Assembly: GCF_032062105.1 (NCBI RefSeq)
Contig: NW_026935066.1
Span: forward strand, 1 to 64,000
Direction of reading: 5' to 3'
DNA: 64,000 nt
Origin: Saccostrea cucullata
Taxonomy: Eukaryota
Made by a program: the position numbers and the translations under genes. The notes under the pieces are model-generated. The model had not been told where the DNA came from. It saw only the letters and a list, made by a program, of their open reading frames with translations, and did no database searches. This document shows, one piece after another, positions 57,310-64,000 of the stretch. The first letter of the stretch is position 1, and every line of letters begins with the position of its first letter.

Positions 57310-57724
57310 TGTTTGGAAAAGAGAATGTTTGCCCTAAAAATAGGGAGACTAATCTTTTCCTTGTTTACTGCTATTAGCAGTCTAATTTGTATTCAAATAA
57401 ACAAGAATTTGTGCAAAATATTATGCGTGAAAAGAAAAAAACATGCTGTGACCTTCAAATGTACACTTATATATTTTCAACCACATATTGTCTATTAACG
57501 ATCTGTTTATGGTAATTTACATTCTCCTGGTGGCATTGGAATAAAAGATACCACAGAGTCTGACACATCTGTTTCATATTTGGATAGTTTATGTGAAAAA
57601 AAGACGTTAATTGTAATCTAACAACCAAGCTCTATGATAAACGTGATGACTTTAACTTTTCAATCGTCAACTTTCCTTTCTTAATACTGAAAAATATGCT
57701 TTCATCACCTGCATGCGGAGCTTA
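57310..57724 (+). mobile_element. RT remnant of the same PLE-derived family, interrupted at 57724
   Basis: EIKDTTESDTSVSYLD, TTKLYDKRDDFNFSIVNFP, SPA.G motifs. Confidence 0.8.
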
Positions 57725-58178
57725 CGAGGGTAGTCCAAAAAGTTCGTGGACAAATGCTTTATTCTCTTAATAAAGCCCGCGATGGCAAGCATGTGCGATA
57801 ATATCTTAAGGACCCTCTCTACACAAGTGCAATTGATTTTTTGGACGTGAAGAAAAATATATTGTATAAAGGTGTTAATATTGTGCTTAATTGTTAAAAT
57901 TTCACTATGTTTAAAAACAACACAGGATCAGTGAATAGAAATCACTGTTAATTATTTCAACAGAGAAAATACATGTAAATAACATGTTCAGTTAATTTAT
58001 CTTGGCCTCTTAAAATGTTAAGAATACTTGAATTAATTACAAATTGAGTAATACATTGTAAATTTTTTTTTTTTTTTATAATTTAGATCTAAGGGCAGGT
58101 CACTCTTACTGCAGAAAAATACCTTAGAATCAGAACTCTTTTGTGTGCAGTGTAGAGAGGGTTCTTAAAAATATACAA

Positions 58179-59373
58179 AACAAGATGTGTTTGTCAAACA
58201 ATGTGCGCCCGGCGACAACAAAGCTCGAAAAAGTTATTTCTAGCATATAGGGAAAAGTCAAGGTCACGAGGTCATTGACCTTGGTGTCATTTGATAAAAC
58301 TTGATTAGTGGAGTATGCATACCAAATATGAAGTCTCTTACTCCTATGGTTCAAAAGTTATAGAGAAAGTTCGAAAAAGCAATTTTTAGCATATACTGTA
58401 CAGCAGGAAATTAACTCGCGTAGTTAATTTTCGCTATATTCGCGGAAAAAGAAATTCCGCGAATTCAACATACAGTGAATATTTCTTTCGAAGAATTATA
58501 AGGACAAATTGAAATTATTACTATTTTCTGTGATTAGATGTAGAGTAGACTGTCTTTATAATTATGTGAGTGTCTGGATCAATTACAAACACATAGTTCT
58601 TGCTATTTTTAAAGCTTATTAATTGTTTAATTCATTTCTATAGCTAACGATTAATTTTGCCATCTAGCAGACGTGCGATGTAATTATTTAATAAAACATG
58701 CTTGCTTAATTTTACCCGTGCGTATCACTCACTTTACTTAGTAAACAGGGTAACGACAATTGATTAATTCCAATTATATGATTAAAAGTTCAACATTTTT
58801 ACTACGGTATATTTTTTTGTCTGATTTGGACCCGGAAATAAAAAAAATTAATGCGTAGCACTATTTTGACTTCAAATCGGGATCAGTCAATGTTTCGTTA
58901 TTATTCAATCGGGATCAAAATCGATACAATGAATAGACTACTTTTCTGTCTGATAAGCACGATATAGTATACTTGATTACAGACTTTCGTAATATACTAT
59001 ACAGACGGGAAATAGCAGCTCACACAATATATGTCTACAGAAAAATGCTTGCAAGTACTGTTTAAGAAATTTTTGGTTTTTCCTTTTCCGCGAATTCAAA
59101 CGACCGCGATTTGCTGAAAATTGAACAAATCGCGATCTTTTCCGACCGCGATTTTAACCTGCTATACAGTAGGTCACAGTCAAGGTCACAAGGTCATTGA
59201 CCTTGGTGTCATTTGAAAGAGCTTCATAAGTTTAGTAGGTACGCCAAATATGGAATCTCTATTTTGCATGGTTCAAAAGTTATGGCGAAGGTTAAAGTTG
59301 ACAACAGACAGACAGATAAACAGACAGGACAAAAACAATATACGTCCCGGATCTATCGATCCCGGCGCATAAA
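58179..59373 (+). mobile_element. pearl/HINE-like element split by a nested MITE
   Basis: AACAAGATGTGTTTGTCAAAC start, CAAGGTCAC repeats, (GACA)n tract, CCCGGATC..GATCCCGG terminal hairpin. Confidence 0.8.
58396..59169. mobile_element. TA-flanked MITE nested in the pearl/HINE-like element
   Basis: TA|CTGTACAGCAGG...CCTGCTATACAG|TA; removing it restores the host repeat (TAGCATATA-GGTCAC). Confidence 0.85.
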
Positions 59374-59466
59374 CAGCAAAACAATGCACACTATGTTATG
59401 AACATTATAGGTATAAAAACTGTATATTCAAGCAGCACGGGCAAGTCTGACGTAACGCTAATTTTA

Positions 59467-59994
59467 TACCCTGTTCACACGGAGAGTTTAATTCGAATTA
59501 CACGTAAAGTTACTGCGAATTAGCTTCGCTTAGCGTTCACACGGAGAATTTAATGCGAATTAGTTTAATTCGAATTGATTTACTGCGCATTAAATTACTT
59601 CGCATTAGCTCCGTGTGAACGCTAAGCGAAGCTAATTCGAATTAAATTTTGACGCATGCGTAAGGCCAGAATTAAGTCACAGGACACGTGTTGGTGGTTA
59701 TATATAGGTGTTTCTGCTATATTTGGTTCAAAAATTGAGGGAAAGTATGTTAATCACTAAAATCAATGAGTACCTGTAGCCACTACATGATACATGTATC
59801 AGAGGATGGCTCTGCATACATGACGTGATTTACAAATGACGTCATAATAGACTTACTGACGCCTGACTGTAGAAGAAAAATTTTTATTCGCATTAGCTGT
59901 CGTGTGAACGCAATTTAATTCGCATTAATTTGATTCGCATTAGTTTACTTCGTATTAATTTACTGCGAATTAAACTCGTCGTGTGAACAGGGCA
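59467..59994. mobile_element. PIF/Harbinger-like MITE
   Basis: TTA|TACCCTGTTCACACG...CGTGTGAACAGGGCA|TTA (3-bp TWA TSD); internal TAATTCGAATTA/TTCGCATTA repeats. Confidence 0.75.
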
Positions 59995-60959
59995 TTATAA
60001 TAACGTCAAAGATATGGACTTTTTCAATTATTTTTGATAACTGTTCATAGACACGCGCTAACTTCCTTTATCATGTTACACTGCCAAGTGAGTACAATAA
60101 TATCTATGTCTAGACCATAATTGATTCAATTTTTAAATTCAAAACAATATACACGATAATTTACAAGCGTCACCAGTATAAAACAGTACACAGCCCAGTC
60201 TGACGGCGCTCGATATATAGCAACGTCATGTATAAGGATAACCTATTTTCATCAAATAACAGTAATTGTCCACTTTTTGAAGTGTCTTTAAGATTTTAAA
60301 AATCGTTGAAAAATCGTATACATCAATTACTAATCAACAGATAAAATATATTCCAATAGTTTCAAGTTGTCTGAATAAATACTTTATGTCTGACGTCGGT
60401 GCAACCGTGTTAAACCACTATGATCGGACGCTGTCCTATTCGGATGGCCGACGTCGCCTTTTCTGTCTATTTTTGAAAAATACTTCTTGCGGTCTTCGCG
60501 TAATATTCTCAGTGTCTACATAATACGCGATAGTAAAGGTACCAGAAAATAATGATAACCACTATATTTGGGATACATTTAATTTTTATTGAGACTCGTT
60601 TTACAAAGAAAATTTTCATTTTAATCACACTTTATTTAAATGTTTATGCCATTTTAACCCTCGTCATAGCGCACAATCGGCGACCATTAATCACTGCGAT
60701 TTTCATAAAAAAAAAATTATTTATGTAAGATTAATTTAAATTGCAAGGCAAATATCAATATTGTGGCAACTGCTATATTTTGAAAATAAAACAATTGCAC
60801 AAATTAAATTATGCATTTTATTTTGGTTATAGAACAAAAATATTTTTATTTCCCTCTTTATTGTTTACCTTTTTTATCAAACATGCATGTAAAAAATATA
60901 CATATAACGATCTACGAGGGTCATTCAAAAAATACGTAGACTATGTTCCACTTCATATT

Positions 60960-62813
60960 CACTGTGTAGAAACGGACTAGGGTAAAGTGCGTTACCCTAG
61001 TCCAAGATGGCGACAAGCAAATACGCTTCGATCATTTTGCACTTACTTTCAGCGTTATACAGACTAGCATTATAAATTTTAATGTTAATATTGAATTGTT
61101 TTGTACAGAAGAACACAACTATTGCAAAAAGTCGGCATGACATGCGATGATTAAAGCCAGATTGTGAATACAAAATTTGAGCATGATTAGGGTAAAGTAA
61201 ATTTTTGACTAGGGTAAAGATATTATGAGCTTTTTTGGTGACTAGGGTAAAGTACGTGTAAAATATCATTTTCCTTGTTTCAGGACTTAAAACATCCTAT
61301 TTCTAGGGATGTTTACTCCTTCTAGACAACTGATCCTACTTCTGTAATTTCCAGGGGTCTGTGTTTTATACCCCGTCCACAGATTTATATTGTTTGTGGT
61401 TTTCAGTGATAGATCACTGTTCGTTATCCTACCTTTTCATTGAGCAGACTCGACACACACTTTGGGCCTTTTCATAAAATCATTGCACAAAACACTATGA
61501 AACGGAAAAATTCTGATTTTAAAATGAATCGAGAGCAATAACGAATTACTACTTCTTGTAGTTAGTTCATGATTCTATTTATAGACATAATAAAACAAAA
61601 TGAGTAGGAAAAGCAACACTCTTTTGATTTAGATGCGGCGAAAATATTTTCAAACATCTACAGATTAATTATTTAAAAATTATAAATAAAGAGAGGGGGG
61701 TATTTTATTTATTTATTGTATTGACGTGTGCATAATGGCCAGAAATAGGGTTTTGTAGTATTCTTACACTGGATCTATGATCGAGAAACGATGCGAAAAA
61801 ATATCATTGCTGTATCTATTGAGGTTACTGGCAAAGCATTTCTTCGAAAGAGAAAATAAATCTATACTTGGGGTTCTGATTCTTAAAATTTCTGTATGTA
61901 AGGTGTTTCTTTAAAGGTGTTTCTTTCACAAGTTGAACACCTGTGAAACGTTTCCGTTTTTGTAAACATGGCACGAACATTTTGTTAATGTTGACGTTTT
62001 ACCGTGTTCAACTCTGTACACATCACTGAGTATAAAAGGACTGATAATAATGGTGAGTTGGTTTTGCTTTCCCACATTTCCCACATTTCTACTCTAATTT
62101 TTCTGGATTACAGTTTAAATATACACTGTAGTTTATTAAAACATTTTTTCACTTCTCATAAGTACATTTATTAAGGACAAAACTTGCTTTGCAAGGATGT
62201 ATCAATTAAACGCATCCCGAAATTTCTAGTTTCAATAATTTTCAGATTTACAGAGTAAGTTTTTAAAATTATACTTCCGTGTGAAATGCTATGGTAACAT
62301 AGGTAAAACTCCAAAGTCCGATGATGACGCCAAATCCGATGGTAATCTGTGCGAAACCCCGATGGTTTGTTGTCGCATATCAGTCATAATATTATGCCGA
62401 AAATATTTGAGAAAACATTAACATAAAATTTGTTTCTATGCACCTTTAAAATTGCATAAAAGTATTTAAAGTAGCTCAAATAAAAGCAATAGTATTAAAT
62501 CTTTAAATAAATTAAGAACTATTCGAATAAAAAGTTCGTTTTGAAGAGGAGCTGAGGTATTGACTTCGACTTCTTAATGACATCACTTTTTTCAATGAAA
62601 CATATGGAGAGAACGAACAGTATTTAAGATCAAAAGTCCATAAAACAATTACAGAATAGGAGTAGAGCAAACACGGACCTTCCAAAAGAAAAATAAGGTA
62701 AGGTTTTTCATTAGTTTTCACCGATATTTATTCATGGTTATTTGAAGCGTAGGAGCTTGTCGTCATCTTGGACTAGGGTAACTCACTTTACCCTTGTCCA
62801 TTTCTACACAGTG
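60960..62813. mobile_element. Non-autonomous TIR element with CACTGTG ends and 5-bp TSD (Transib/RAG-like)
   Basis: 59-bp TIRs (60960-61018, 62755-62813; 4 mismatches) flanked by ATATT on both sides. Confidence 0.8.
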
Positions 62814-62831
62814 ATATTATTATTACAAGAT

Positions 62832-63320
62832 CACCGTATACAACGGGTAACGCGGGGGAGTCGCTAAAAAGTATGGGGGAGTCGTTTTCAACGTATGGGG
62901 GAGTCGATTTTCACCGCTTCGGAGTCAGAAGAGATGTGGGTCACGTCTTTTTTCGGTATATGTAAGATGTCTTTACCAAAAACAAATAGCCCACGGAAGG
63001 TAGCAATAGTTAAGCTTTCTTTTGGTCATTTGTCTGGTTAGCATATACGTCTAGTTTTCTCAAACACTTCGAAACTATTCGACAGATTTCATATTTACGT
63101 TGATCGAATGGTTAAAACATGCATAGTTTGCACAATCTACGACTTGTGTAAGGACTATGACAGTTAAAACAGCAAAAGCAAACGTCAATCTTTCAAATGT
63201 AACAATTCATGCTTGGCCAGACTTTATAAAAAGTATTAATTAAGACATTTTCTCTTCAGACAGTAATGGTTACGTAGGGGGGAGTCGTTTCTGGAAAAAC
63301 ACAACGCATAGGGGAGTCGC
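62832..63320 (+). repeat. GGGGGAGTCG-repeat region, probable transposon end
   Basis: Five copies of (G)GGGGAGTCG near 62854, 62875, 62897, 63278, 63311; no partner end seen in the window. Confidence 0.5.
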
Positions 63321-63709
63321 ACAATTGAATTGTACTATCATTTTAAATTTCGATTTTTCTTTTTGCTTACTGCTTCCTTACATAATTATTTTGATAATTT
63401 TATAATATTAGTAAAATGTAACATGAATAAAGATCAATAAAATCAATATGTACAAGTAAAAAAAACATGTATTGATCGTTTCCTATTTTGAAATGCATGA
63501 GTATATACTAGTACTTCATATACGTCATTACATGTACATTTGATATGGTTTCTGCACGGATGAGCACTTGCATATTCCAAAATTTTCAGCATTTTAATTA
63601 AATAAAATACCGTTAGGCATTTAATATCGAAGAAAAAATAACTACAAATATGGAGGGGTGAAGGAAAGGGGACTTCGGCTTTGTCAATTTCCTTCACACA
63701 TACATTGTA

Positions 63710-63978
63710 ACATCAAACTCTTCTAAAGCGTATATTTCGAGATGATGGCATGATATTTTAATATTTTTCTTTGTGAATTTTTATTGCTCTTATTATAATT
63801 AGAACCTCAGACCCATGTTTCTAATTCTTTTTTCTTTCATACCTACATCAAACTCTTCTAAAGCGTATATTTCGAGATGATGGCATGATATTTTAATATT
63901 TTTCTTTGTGAATTTTTATTGCTCTTATCATAATTAGAACCTCAGACCCATGTTTCTTATTCTTTTTTCTTTAATACT
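63710..63978. repeat. 135-bp direct tandem duplication
   Basis: Unit starting ACATCAAACTCTTCTAAAGCG at 63710 and 63845, nearly identical. Confidence 0.92.
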
Positions 63979-64000
63979 TATGAAAAATTGTTGTTATAAA

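Overview
AT-rich, intron-containing eukaryotic DNA. The repeat families suggest a bivalve mollusc, probably an oyster (inference). Protein-coding content: (1) an uncharacterised coiled-coil protein with a single coding exon (6079-6840, -); (2) two convergent, intact 5-exon sigma-class glutathione S-transferases (22644-25780 +, 26419-29296 -) plus an orphan decayed copy of one GST exon; (3) a tandem cluster of four 2-exon caveolin genes on the - strand (39.9-56.9 kb) with five intact first exons for four second exons. The rest is dense in mobile DNA: Penelope-like retroelement debris with a type I hammerhead ribozyme, pearl/HINE-like tandem-repeat elements, TA-, TTAA- and TTA-flanked MITEs, a Crypton-like hairpin element, and a 1.85-kb element with RSS-heptamer-like ends and a 5-bp TSD (Transib/RAG-transposon-like). 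Best leads: the caveolin cluster (alternative first exons, homogenised second exon, loss of the Pro110 equivalent, intramembrane glutamates), the heptamer-ended element, the hammerhead, and evidence that the enriched TACATGTA motif is a transposon excision scar. All coordinates, alignments and counts were made by eye.
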